Shown: positions 48,968 through 58,401 of the stretch, piece after piece | How positions within the stretch are numbered: the stretch's first letter is position 1 | How the letters are laid out: the number at the start of each line of letters is the position of its first letter | Assembly (NCBI GenBank): GCA_963843375.1 | Contig: CAWJKT010000004.1 | Span: 192,001 to 256,000 of the forward strand | Direction of reading: 5' to 3' | Source of the DNA: an uncultured Pseudomonadota bacterium | Lineage (GTDB): Bacteria > Oederibacteriota > Muellerivitia > Muellerivitales > Muellerivitaceae | Length of the DNA: 64,000 bases | The notes under the pieces: model-generated | Seen by the model: the letters and a program-made list of their open reading frames with translations, nothing else | Databases searched by the model: none | Told to the model about the DNA's origin: nothing | Program-made: the position numbers and the translations under genes

Positions 48968-51091
48968 TTGAAATCCCCTGCCCAAGCACCTTGTCCTTTG
49001 CCAAAGAGTATATGGTTTCTTTTTTTTATATTCACCGTTTCGAACTCGTTTTTAGCTTACGTCTCCCTGCCGGTGTTTTGGCAATGGGTTGTTGGAATCA
49101 TGGGGTTGGCCCTTCCCTGGGGATTGGGTTTGTTTTTTTACCGAAAAAATGAAAACAAATTAACGTCCTTTTCTCTTGAAGACTGGATCCCGGCTCCGCC
49201 TTTTTGGGTGATGGCGGTTTTCATTTTGGGCGCGGGTTTTTTACGATTCAATCAACTCACCACTCTTTCCTTATGGCCGCTCACGGACGAGGCAAAAAGC
49301 GCCTTTTACTCCCAACAAATAGCCACCCATGGCTCTTTCCAAATGATTTATGACTTCAGCCAATTGCCGCCGTTTTATATTTGGTTTCAAGGACTCTTTT
49401 TTAGGGTTTCGGGAATTTCCTTGTTTTCCCTTTGGTGTTTTCCCGCCATTCTTTCCCTGCTCACCGTGGGGGTGGCTTATTTCGCGGCTCGGTCGCATTT
49501 TAATAAAACATTTGCGCTGGTTTTTTCCGGCCTAGTGGCTTTTAGTTTTTGGCCCCTTTATGTTGCTCGTTTTTCGCATCAAGGTTCATTGCTTCTTTTA
49601 TGGGAATTCCTGGTTTTCGGTGCGTCGGGGCGACTCAACCTGGCGTCGGTTCCTGAAGGGGACAAAAAAAAACACGGATGGGATTTGGGTTTACTGGCGG
49701 GACTTGGTTTTTACACCTTTACTTCCTGGCCTACGGTGGCTTTATCCTTGACGCTTTGGGTCTTTTTTTTCCATCGGAAGGCGCTACTCTCGTTTCTTTG
49801 GGGGATGATTTTGATCTATCTTCCCCTGGGTTGGTCCTGGATCCAACAGCATTACGGTGGTTATATCCACCATGTATGGGCCTGGGACTTCGCACGCCCC
49901 TGGTCGGAGCAATTGCTTCAAAACCTTTCGGATTTTTCGGCCCTTTTCTGGAAATCAACCATTCCCGCCAATCTTTTCGCCTATAAACCCTTTTGGGGCG
50001 GTTACTTGAATCCCCTATTGGGGGCTTTGTTTTTCATCGGCGCCCTTGTTTTTATTCGAACAGAGGCTAAACCCAAATCCCTTTTTTTGATTTTAGCCTT
50101 TTTTATTTTTTATCTGCCGAGCCTTCTCACGGGAGGGGTGGAAATGTTTCGGATTCTTCCCCTTTTGCCGTTGTTGTTGGGGGGCGCGGTCTGGGGTCTT
50201 CTTTCGCTTTTGGCAACTTTAAAGCTTAAGTTCAAATGGATGGCCACGGCTTTCATCCTGGTCTTTTCCCTGGGTTTGGACGTGAACCATCTTTTCGGTG
50301 TTTACCACGGGGTCTGGACCCATCCCAAGGATAATTGGTTCGCCGTCAAGTCCTTGGAACGGTTAAGGGCTTATCAAATTTTAGAGGAGTGGCAAAGACA
50401 AAATGGACCGGGGTTCGTACTCTCCGAATTAGTCCCAGATCTCTTTGACCAAAGCCTCTCTCTGGCCGATTACGCCTTTAATTTGGAGCAAAACCCGGAT
50501 TTGAACCCGGGCCAGGCCCAGTGGGTCGCTCTTCTTATTAACATTCATTACCAACCCTATTTGAATAGAATTCTACCGGAAGGGAAATGGTACCGGCTGG
50601 CCCCGGACGTGGACCGGCCCGACGGGGGACTGATGTTGGCGGTTTTTCCCTTACCCGCCAAACATTCGGAGACACTTAACGGATGGATAGGGGCTGATAG
50701 GGCTTGCCATGATTTAGTGCCTTTAGTTTTTGATTACCGGGACTACAAATCCCGAAAACCCATTCTTGAAAAGCTTTATTCCCTCTATCCTTTGTTTAAG
50801 GGGAACCGATTCTTGGAATCTTGCTTTTGGGAAAAGATTGCGGAAAATGAATATGGAAATCGGAATTACGAAGGCCAAATAGGAGCCTTAAAACAAGCTA
50901 TTGAAAAAGGCTATCCCACTGCCCATCTTTATAATGACTTAGGGGCTCTTTTCCTTCGGCGCAGCAGGTTCCAGGAGGCTCGCGAGGCTTTTAAGAACGC
51001 CATGAAGTGCAACCCCGATTTCACTTCTGCGGCGACAGGACTTCAGGCTTTGGATGAAGAGGAGAAAACCGGGAAGCTTCCGAGGGATTAA
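48968..51091 (+). CDS. ArnT/PMT-like GT-C glycosyltransferase with C-terminal TPR (third paralog)
   Basis: LTTLSLWPLTDEA, FWGGYLNP, RAYQIL, FWEK and LYNDLG..F..R..EA; many TMs. Confidence 0.75.
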   Translation: MKSPAQAPCPLPKSIWFLFFIFTVSNSFLAYVSLPVFWQWVVGIMGLALPWGLGLFFYRKNENKLTSFSLEDWIPAPPFWVMAVFILGAGFLRFNQLTTLSLWPLTDEAKSAFYSQQIATHGSFQMIYDFSQLPPFYIWFQGLFFRVSGISLFSLWCFPAILSLLTVGVAYFAARSHFNKTFALVFSGLVAFSFWPLYVARFSHQGSLLLLWEFLVFGASGRLNLASVPEGDKKKHGWDLGLLAGLGFYTFTSWPTVALSLTLWVFFFHRKALLSFLWGMILIYLPLGWSWIQQHYGGYIHHVWAWDFARPWSEQLLQNLSDFSALFWKSTIPANLFAYKPFWGGYLNPLLGALFFIGALVFIRTEAKPKSLFLILAFFIFYLPSLLTGGVEMFRILPLLPLLLGGAVWGLLSLLATLKLKFKWMATAFILVFSLGLDVNHLFGVYHGVWTHPKDNWFAVKSLERLRAYQILEEWQRQNGPGFVLSELVPDLFDQSLSLADYAFNLEQNPDLNPGQAQWVALLINIHYQPYLNRILPEGKWYRLAPDVDRPDGGLMLAVFPLPAKHSETLNGWIGADRACHDLVPLVFDYRDYKSRKPILEKLYSLYPLFKGNRFLESCFWEKIAENEYGNRNYEGQIGALKQAIEKGYPTAHLYNDLGALFLRRSRFQEAREAFKNAMKCNPDFTSAATGLQALDEEEKTGKLPRD

Positions 51092-51157
51092 AATACCACA
51101 CCCGTTGCAAGCCATAGATTTCCAATAGATAATTAACGAATTATTTAAGGAGTTTTC

Positions 51158-52612
51158 TTGAGCATACCATCCTTTCAACGTCCGGCCGAGATTCCGCCCG
51201 AATTCGCCTTTGTTTCGCTTCCCAAGGCCCTGGCTCAATTTCACCATTTGCCCCTGCATGTGCCGATTTGGATTCATCGGCAGGAGGAGATCGAAAAAAA
51301 AGGCTATGATTTTGAGGAAGGGGTCCGGGTAATGGAGGCACTTCTCCAAGAAGCCCCGGGGATTCCCGGAGCCTATCTTTACCAGTTGTTTGTAAAGAAG
51401 TGGCCCAAGTTGGCGGTGATCAACCCTTTTTTCGAGTCGGGCCGAATAGCGGAGGCGATTCCCAAACTAGTGGAAATCCTCGACATCGATCCCGAGTGTC
51501 CCTTGGCATCCTTTCAATTGGGTTATTGTTTCAGAGTTACCGGAGAGTTAGAAAAGTCCGAATCATTCTATAAAAAAGCCCTGCGGATGGCCCCGGAAGC
51601 GGGATGGATATACAGCAACTTGGGACGCACCTACCAAGCGCTGGGGGATAAAGCCAAAGCAGCTGAGGTATTTTGGAAGGCTCTCGAACTCTTACCGGGC
51701 GACCTCTTTGTCCTAGAACAGTTGATCGGTTTAGGCGAACTTTTCATGTTGTCCCCACCCAAAGGAAAATCCGATGCCCAACCTTCCTTCGTTCGCCGGG
51801 CCGATTACGAGAAGAAAATGAGAGAAACCATCGAGAAAGAAAAAAATCCGGGGAATCTCGAAAAACTTGGTTGGAAGCTTCTTCAGGACCGACTGAACGA
51901 CTTGTCTTGCCAATGTTTTGAAAAGGCAAGAACGTTAGGATCCACCGAAGTCCACTCCGATATCCTCCAGGGGCTGGGAATGGCCCATTTGGAAGCGGGC
52001 CGTTTTAAGGAAGCGGAACGCTTCCTCCAAGAATATTTGGATTCGAATCCGGATTCCGCCATAGCCCATTTGAATCTTTTCAAGGTTTATTTGGCTTTGG
52101 AAGAAAGGGACTTGGCTTGGGATGAAATTCAAATCGCTGTGCGACTGGACCCGGAGCGTCTCGAAGCCCTCAAACAACTCTATTTTTTATTCCTCCAAAC
52201 CGATCGAAAAGAAGAAGGATTCGACTGGTTAGACCAACTTTCCATTGAACACCCTAAAAGTTTCGCTCCTCTGCTGGTGAAAGCTTGGGCCCTTACCGAT
52301 GACCAAAAATGGCCCGAGGCACAGGAAACACTGCAAGAAGCCTTGAGGAGGTCGCCTCACAACGAGGAAATTCTACTTTTTCTTTCTTCTGAATTGGGGA
52401 AGAGAGGCCAAAGGAAGGAAATCATCCAAGTGCTTCAAGCCGAATCCACACCCCTGCCTCTTTCCTTGACTATCAATTTAGCTTTGGCCTTCAGTCAGGA
52501 CGGCCGGTTGGAGGAGGGAAGAAAGATTTTACAGTCATTCCTGAAACGGCCAGGGCTGGACCCATTGGATCGAAATCGGGCTAAAGCGGTCCTCCAAGAA
52601 TTTGAGAAATAA
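51158..52612 (+). CDS. TPR-repeat protein
   Basis: AAGGAG RBS with TTG start; multiple TPRs (IYSNLGRTYQALGDKAKA.EVFWKALEL). Confidence 0.85.
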   Translation: MSIPSFQRPAEIPPEFAFVSLPKALAQFHHLPLHVPIWIHRQEEIEKKGYDFEEGVRVMEALLQEAPGIPGAYLYQLFVKKWPKLAVINPFFESGRIAEAIPKLVEILDIDPECPLASFQLGYCFRVTGELEKSESFYKKALRMAPEAGWIYSNLGRTYQALGDKAKAAEVFWKALELLPGDLFVLEQLIGLGELFMLSPPKGKSDAQPSFVRRADYEKKMRETIEKEKNPGNLEKLGWKLLQDRLNDLSCQCFEKARTLGSTEVHSDILQGLGMAHLEAGRFKEAERFLQEYLDSNPDSAIAHLNLFKVYLALEERDLAWDEIQIAVRLDPERLEALKQLYFLFLQTDRKEEGFDWLDQLSIEHPKSFAPLLVKAWALTDDQKWPEAQETLQEALRRSPHNEEILLFLSSELGKRGQRKEIIQVLQAESTPLPLSLTINLALAFSQDGRLEEGRKILQSFLKRPGLDPLDRNRAKAVLQEFEK

Positions 52613-52618
52613 TCCAGG

Positions 52619-53161
52619 TCAATCGTCCAACGAGACCACTTGAACAGAGGAAGAGGACGAGTATGGTTTTTCCCTGTTTTTCTTTTGAAGCATGGGGTTG
52701 ATCACGAAACCCTCCCCGCTATAGAGTTTTTGAATTCTCGCCAGTTCGGTTTTTTGGTTTTCGGACAAAAAATTGCAATTGTTCAAATGATCCGCTACCA
52801 GGCAAAAGCCAGTTCCTTGACGTTTCCAAAACTCCAATAAATTTTCCAAGATAATAACCGGGCCTTCCATGTTTTTTATCTTTTCTTCCTCCACAGGGTG
52901 GAGACCGTCGTTGTACACGAAAAAATAGTTAGAGTCAAACTTGTATTTGACCTTGCGGGCCGTGTCCATAAAAAAAACACCCGCGTCCGAAACCACTAGC
53001 TCGATGAAACGATCATTGTGGGTTTGGGTACGGAAGGCAAGGAAGCGAACGGGATCCACCGTCATGCCGGCAAAACCAAGGTTACGGTATTCGTCGTAGA
53101 TTTTTTTATTCATTCGACCGAGCGCATCGACTTGCTCGGGGGTCATGTGATCCAGAGTCAT
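52619..53161 (-). CDS. Hypothetical protein
   Basis: 180-aa ORF filling the gap; AAGG RBS; no recognised motif. Confidence 0.6.
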   Translation of the reverse strand: MTLDHMTPEQVDALGRMNKKIYDEYRNLGFAGMTVDPVRFLAFRTQTHNDRFIELVVSDAGVFFMDTARKVKYKFDSNYFFVYNDGLHPVEEEKIKNMEGPVIILENLLEFWKRQGTGFCLVADHLNNCNFLSENQKTELARIQKLYSGEGFVINPMLQKKNREKPYSSSSSVQVVSLDD

Positions 53162-53330
53162 GGAACAACCTTATTAATGTTGAATGGTATTAAACATCAT
53201 TCTCTTCAGGGGCTATGTACTATGTATTATTTTATCACAGGGAGTTTCAGAAAAATCGGATGGAAGGCCTGAATTCATCAGGTTTATGGCTTCACGATCA
53301 ACCGAAAACTGAAATCGGTTCAGGAAACCA

Positions 53331-53891
53331 CTATTGATCGTTCAAATGGTCGAGTGCGGCGTAGGACCGGGGTGAAACCAGAGTGATAAAACCCATGGAA
53401 AAAAATTCCAGATCCCGTATGACCGACCACCAAGTCGCTTTTTCCGTTGGGGCGGTCAAACCGCAACCGCAATTAATATCCACTCCCCGTAGCAAATCAA
53501 AACTAATAGCCAAGGCGTAAAGCGCCATCAAGCCGCAGAATAGCAAGGCCGCCCCTCGGTAACGAAATCCGAAAATAAGACAAAGGCCCGTAAAAAATTC
53601 GAGCCAGGGGATGACCACCCCGGCCATAGGAACCAAGTCGGGAGAAAGAATTTGATAGTTAGTTATCATTTGAGCGAAAGTCGAAGCGTTTCCCAATTTA
53701 TCCCCACTGGCGAAAATAAGAATAAATCCGCAAAGGGCACGGAAAAATGTGGCGCCGCAGGCTTCGGGGTATAAGCTTTTCCTGGCTTGGTTGGACGGTT
53801 TTAAGCCGTATTTAATTCCCGCCCATAGGGCTAAAAACAATAAACCCAAAAGGCAAAGAAGGGAGTCCGTAAAATAATCCGAAATGTTCAT
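53331..53891 (-). CDS. MauE/DoxX family membrane protein
   Basis: FIL.ASGDKL, NYQIL, IPWLE, RGVDINCGC and IRD motifs. Confidence 0.85.
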   Translation of the reverse strand: MNISDYFTDSLLCLLGLLFLALWAGIKYGLKPSNQARKSLYPEACGATFFRALCGFILIFASGDKLGNASTFAQMITNYQILSPDLVPMAGVVIPWLEFFTGLCLIFGFRYRGAALLFCGLMALYALAISFDLLRGVDINCGCGLTAPTEKATWWSVIRDLEFFSMGFITLVSPRSYAALDHLNDQ

Positions 53892-54517
53892 GGATTTGCC
53901 CCAAGGGTTATGGGATAGCCGGCTTTTTTCCATTCGGGCCATCCCCCTGTGAAAATCTCCACGTGGGTATAGCCTGTTTCAATGAGGGACTTAGCCACCA
54001 GTAGAGAAAGGTCGCAATCTCCTCCATGGCAATAGGCGACTATTTCCTTATTCTTGTTCGGAATTTGAGGTATGACGCTGGGGGCAAATTGATCCAGTTC
54101 ATTACCATAGAAATTCAAGGCACCTGATATGTGGCCCTCCTTGTATTCTTCGGGTTTTCGAGCGTCGAGGAAGACACAATTCTTTTTGTCAAAACGGTCC
54201 TTGGTTCCAGACAGGCTTAGCCGGATGACGTTGTCTGAAGCTGCGGGAATGGGTGTGGGGGTTATCTGAAGCGCCCCCTGGGAAGCAGATGAATTGAAAC
54301 CGGAAATGGGAACGGGCGCCGATGGATGGAAACCTGTGTTTTCAGGCGGTTTAAATTTAAGTTCAATTCCATCAGCGTAAAAAGAGTTGAAGAGAATCGC
54401 AAACAGAAAAGAGAAAATGAAAAGGCCCCAAGCTTGAGAGATAATTTGATAACGGGAAAGGGACGATGAGAATTTAAAATTATTTTTCGAATCAGTCGAA
54501 TAACGGAATGGTTTCAT
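53888..54517 (-). CDS. Membrane-anchored rhodanese-like protein
   Basis: FLDARKPEEYKEGHISGALN, IVAYCHGGDC and GGWPEW motifs; N-terminal TM; overlaps the MauE gene start. Confidence 0.88.
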   Translation of the reverse strand: MKPFRYSTDSKNNFKFSSSLSRYQIISQAWGLFIFSFLFAILFNSFYADGIELKFKPPENTGFHPSAPVPISGFNSSASQGALQITPTPIPAASDNVIRLSLSGTKDRFDKKNCVFLDARKPEEYKEGHISGALNFYGNELDQFAPSVIPQIPNKNKEIVAYCHGGDCDLSLLVAKSLIETGYTHVEIFTGGWPEWKKAGYPITLGANP

Positions 54518-54725
54518 AAGTAATTCTATTTTAGGGTTGTGAAGGAATATTTCAAGAAATAGCCTTTGAATAGCCGGCGTCTATTCCGGGAAACGATTGA
54601 ATATGGCTTGTTAATCTCGTCGAGATGAGTGAAAAACAAGGACAAGCCAAGGTTTCCTTCTTGAATTCTACTGGTCGATCTCCGAATTAAATGTAGAATA
54701 TGCCACGAATTTCAAGGAGCTTTCC

Positions 54726-55835
54726 ATGGCCGACCAAATCAAGATATCACGGCAAAATATTTTCGTTATAGCCTTTTTCGTTTTTTTGATTGGCCTTTTA
54801 AGCCTTCTTTTTTCTCTCCTGGAACCTTTCCTCAGGTCTTTCGTTTGGGCCACGATTTTCGTCATGGTGTTTTATCCCTTTTATTCCTGGCTTTTCCACC
54901 GGACGGGAAGACGTTCGAGCTTGGCGGCCTTGATCGCCACTCTTGTGGTCATGGCTTTTCTCGCCTTGCCGGGTTTTTTCATTGTCATTAACTTGGGAAG
55001 GGAACTGCCCCGGGCTTACGCTTTCCTATCCACGGCCCAATGGGATGAAACGAGTCAGTGGTTCATGGGGAAGTTGAAAGACTTCAACGTTGGTTCCTGG
55101 CTTCAAAACTGGGGGATCGATTCAAGTCAGTATGAAGTTGTCATTCAAAAACAGATATCCACCGCCTTGGAGAATTTTTCTCACTTGGTTTTACAAAAAT
55201 TTTCGGAGGCTTTTCAAAACCTCGCGGGATTTTTCCTGGAGGTGGCTTTCGTTTGTGTCGCGCTTTTCTTTTTCTTCCGGGACGGAGCCCGGCTGGCCTT
55301 GCGGGCGACGGAGTTATTGCCCCTTGAGAAGAACCACCGCGAAAAAGTCGTTCATACTTTTTCTGTGACGGTGACGGCGGTAGTACGGGCCATATTCCTC
55401 ACGGCTTTGGCTCAGGGTGTCATGGCGGGAATAGGTTTTGTGGTGGCGGGTGTGCCGGTTCCCATCCTTTTAGGATTAGTGGCCTTTGTGAATTCTTTCA
55501 TTCCCTTCTTAGGGGCGGCTTCCGTGTGGATCCCGGTGACGATTTGGCTTTTTTATCAAAACCAAACCTTTGCGGCGGTGGGTCTTATCCTTTGGGGCAT
55601 TGTTATTACGTTCGTGGATTACGTGATGAAGCCTTGGATAATTGGGAGCGAGGCGAAACTTCCCCTGTTTTGGCTCTTCTTTACCACTATTGGTGGCTTG
55701 AAAGTTTATGGCATTCTCGGGATTTTCCTGGGCCCCATTATTCTTTCCTTGGGAATTGCCTTTCTGGCCATTTATCGGGAAGTCTATCTGGATTTGAAGA
55801 AACCCGTTTCCCACCGGGGGAATTCTAACCCTTAA
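54726..55835 (+). CDS. AI-2E family transporter
   Basis: FFFFRDG, TALAQG, FIPFLGA..VWIP and GGL.VYG.LGIFLGP motifs. Confidence 0.92.
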   Translation: MADQIKISRQNIFVIAFFVFLIGLLSLLFSLLEPFLRSFVWATIFVMVFYPFYSWLFHRTGRRSSLAALIATLVVMAFLALPGFFIVINLGRELPRAYAFLSTAQWDETSQWFMGKLKDFNVGSWLQNWGIDSSQYEVVIQKQISTALENFSHLVLQKFSEAFQNLAGFFLEVAFVCVALFFFFRDGARLALRATELLPLEKNHREKVVHTFSVTVTAVVRAIFLTALAQGVMAGIGFVVAGVPVPILLGLVAFVNSFIPFLGAASVWIPVTIWLFYQNQTFAAVGLILWGIVITFVDYVMKPWIIGSEAKLPLFWLFFTTIGGLKVYGILGIFLGPIILSLGIAFLAIYREVYLDLKKPVSHRGNSNP

Positions 55836-55947
55836 AGACCCTTGTTTTTGTTGGAAACGCTTTTTAGTGTTCTCGATAGTTGCATTCTATTTAAGAAACC
55901 CCAAGAATACTGGAAGTTCGCCCCTTACCCTTTTTTTAGGAGAATAT

Positions 55948-57090
55948 ATGCGTTACCGTTGGCTGGGAAATACCGGGCTTCGAGTCAGTGAAATCGGTTT
56001 TGGCGCTTGGGCCATCGGTGGAAAATGGTGGGGTCCCCAGGATGACACGGACTCCCGTTTGGCCCTTCATAAAGCCCTGGACATGGGCTGCACCTTTATT
56101 GATACCGCATGGGTTTATGGGGATGGGCACAGCGAAAAATTAATCGGTTCGGTCCTTCAAGAACGCCACGAAAGACCGGTGATCGCCACGAAAGTACCTC
56201 CTAAAAATTGGAATTGGGACAACAAATCCGGAACCCCTCTTTCCGAAACTTTCCCCTCCGAGTGGGTGGTGTCCAAAGCCGAGGAATCCCTTGGAAATTT
56301 GGGAGTGGATTGCCTGGATGTCTTGCAAATGCATACCTGGCATCAGGAATGGAATCATCAGGCAGAACCTCTTTTGCAGACCGTTGCCCGTCTGAAACGG
56401 GATGGAAAAATCCGGGCCTTTGGCATTTCCTTGAGGGATAAGGGACCGGAAGAAGCCAACGATTTGATCCGTTGGCGGCAGGTGGACAGCCTTCAGATTT
56501 TCTTCAACCTTTTCTACCAGGATCCAATTTGGAAAGTTTTTCCACTGGCCCAACAATATGGAGTGGGTGTTATCGCGCGTGTCCCTATAGCCTTTGGAGC
56601 CTTGAGCGGGCGATTTACTCCCCAGACGCGTTTCTACGGGGATGACCATCGACGGAATCTTTATGCCGGGGAAGGGCTGAAGACCGCCTTAAGGAAAGTT
56701 GAAAAATTGAAATTTCTTGCCTCTAAATCCATGTCGCTCAGTGAAGCGGCGATTAAATGGACCTTAAATTATCCGGCGGTTTCCACTTCCATCCCCGGGA
56801 TCCGTAATTTAAACCAAGCGACCATTAATTGCGCCGCGGGTGATGGAGAAAGAATTTCTACTCCAACCGTTCGAAAATCTGAAAAATTATACCGGTCTAA
56901 TTTTGGACTTCCAATCACGACCCTATCCTCCGATGACGGAATCCAAGCCGTTTTTATGTCCGGTGTTCGTTTGATAAAGTCCTCGAAGCGGAAGCTAAAG
57001 AAAGTTCCGGGGAAAAGAAACCAGGCACGGAAGTCCTTAAAAATTCGAAAGACGTTGAAAAAAGGCCGTTCAAAAAAGAAAAAAAAGTGA
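55948..57090 (+). CDS. Aldo/keto reductase with Lys/Arg-rich C-terminal extension
   Basis: LGNTGLRVSEIGFGAW, FIDTA.VYGDGHSE, IATK, GKIRAFGIS and IPG.RN motifs. Confidence 0.92.
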   Translation: MRYRWLGNTGLRVSEIGFGAWAIGGKWWGPQDDTDSRLALHKALDMGCTFIDTAWVYGDGHSEKLIGSVLQERHERPVIATKVPPKNWNWDNKSGTPLSETFPSEWVVSKAEESLGNLGVDCLDVLQMHTWHQEWNHQAEPLLQTVARLKRDGKIRAFGISLRDKGPEEANDLIRWRQVDSLQIFFNLFYQDPIWKVFPLAQQYGVGVIARVPIAFGALSGRFTPQTRFYGDDHRRNLYAGEGLKTALRKVEKLKFLASKSMSLSEAAIKWTLNYPAVSTSIPGIRNLNQATINCAAGDGERISTPTVRKSEKLYRSNFGLPITTLSSDDGIQAVFMSGVRLIKSSKRKLKKVPGKRNQARKSLKIRKTLKKGRSKKKKK

Positions 57091-57626
57091 TAAAACCCTG
57101 GAAAAAAAACAAGCAGACAGTGGATTATGACTGTGGTTTTTTCCAGGTTCAGGTCCATCAAAGCGCATCCCCCACCACCGGCAAGGAACACCCCTTTTAT
57201 GTTCTTTCCACGAGAAACTGGACCAATATCGTCGCGCTTACCGGGGATCAAAAAGTCCTGATGGTTTCCCAATACCGCCATGGAACGGGCGAGGTGAGCC
57301 TGGAAATTCCAGGCGGAGCCGTGGACCTTCATGAAGAACCCTTGAAAGCCGCTCAAAGGGAATTACGCGAAGAAACCGGTTACGAATCCACCCAATGGCA
57401 TTTTCTTGGGCAAGTCCGCCCCAATCCGGCCATCTTGAGCAACACCTGTTACTTATATTTGGCTTTGGACGCGAAACATGTGGGGGAGTTGGATTTGGAC
57501 GAAGCGGAAGAACTGGAGGTTAGCCTGCATGACGTAAAGGAAATTCCCCGCCTTATTCGAAGAGGCCAAATCCAGCATTCGCTCGTTATCGCCGCTTTCC
57601 ATTTATTTGACCTTTTCCAAAAATAA
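57087..57626 (+). CDS. NUDIX hydrolase (ADP-ribose pyrophosphatase-like)
   Basis: Nudix box GAVDLHEEPLKAAQRELREETGY, preceded by QYRH...LEIPG. Confidence 0.9.
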   Translation: MIKPWKKNKQTVDYDCGFFQVQVHQSASPTTGKEHPFYVLSTRNWTNIVALTGDQKVLMVSQYRHGTGEVSLEIPGGAVDLHEEPLKAAQRELREETGYESTQWHFLGQVRPNPAILSNTCYLYLALDAKHVGELDLDEAEELEVSLHDVKEIPRLIRRGQIQHSLVIAAFHLFDLFQK

Positions 57627-57801
57627 AAACCCGGCAAAATTTGAAAAAAACATTTTTAGAGCCCTTTCCGCCCAATATGTTAAGCAGTTCAGGAAAGGAA
57701 ATGAAAAACTCAAAAGACCCACTTGCGGGTGTTTCAAAAGAGGAGTAGCGTAGTTTCACGATTATTTTCCCATATTTGTCCCAATATGAAAGAGGTGTTT
57801 T

Positions 57802-58387
57802 ATGTCCCGTGTTTGTGTTTTCATCGATGGCAGCAATCTTTATTTCGCGCTCAAGCGCAATAACAAGATGACACGTGTGGATTATTACCAATTTTCCCTC
57901 GCCTTGACTGGAGAGCAGCGGAAATTGATCCGAACCTATTATTACAACGCGGTGTTTCGACGCGGCCCACTTTTCCGAAAAGGCCAAGAGCCAGCAATCC
58001 TTTTTTGATTCCTTGGATCGCACGCCTTATTTGGAACTTCGGTTGGGAAGAATCATCCAAAACCGGGAGGGGCACCGGATGGAGAAGGGCGTGGATGTAC
58101 GCATGGCCGCCGACATGGTTTATTACGCCGCCCGGGATTTTTACGATACGGCCATCGTGGTGACCGAGGACCAGGATTTTTCCCCCGCCATGGGGCTGGT
58201 CAAGGAACTGGGCAAGCATGTGGAACTGGCGGTATTTCCCGATGCCCAGAGCCGGGAAATGATCCGGGTGGCGGATAAGATCTTGAGTTTGGATGAAATC
58301 GTCAATGGCCAAGCTGCCCATATTTTCCCGCCGTCCCAAAACGCGGAAGAACGCGCGCCGGACGCGGAAATGGCATTCGGCGTTTAA
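57802..58387 (+). CDS. NYN/LabA-like PIN-domain protein; frameshift near 57955
   Basis: VFIDGSNLY and RTYYY in ORF 57802..58008. The shifted frame continues FDAAHFSEKAKSQQSFFDSL...EKGVDV..A.DM and TEDQDF.PA...VKE.GK.VE. Confidence 0.85.
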
Positions 58388-58401
58388 ACATTTACAAAGA
58401 T

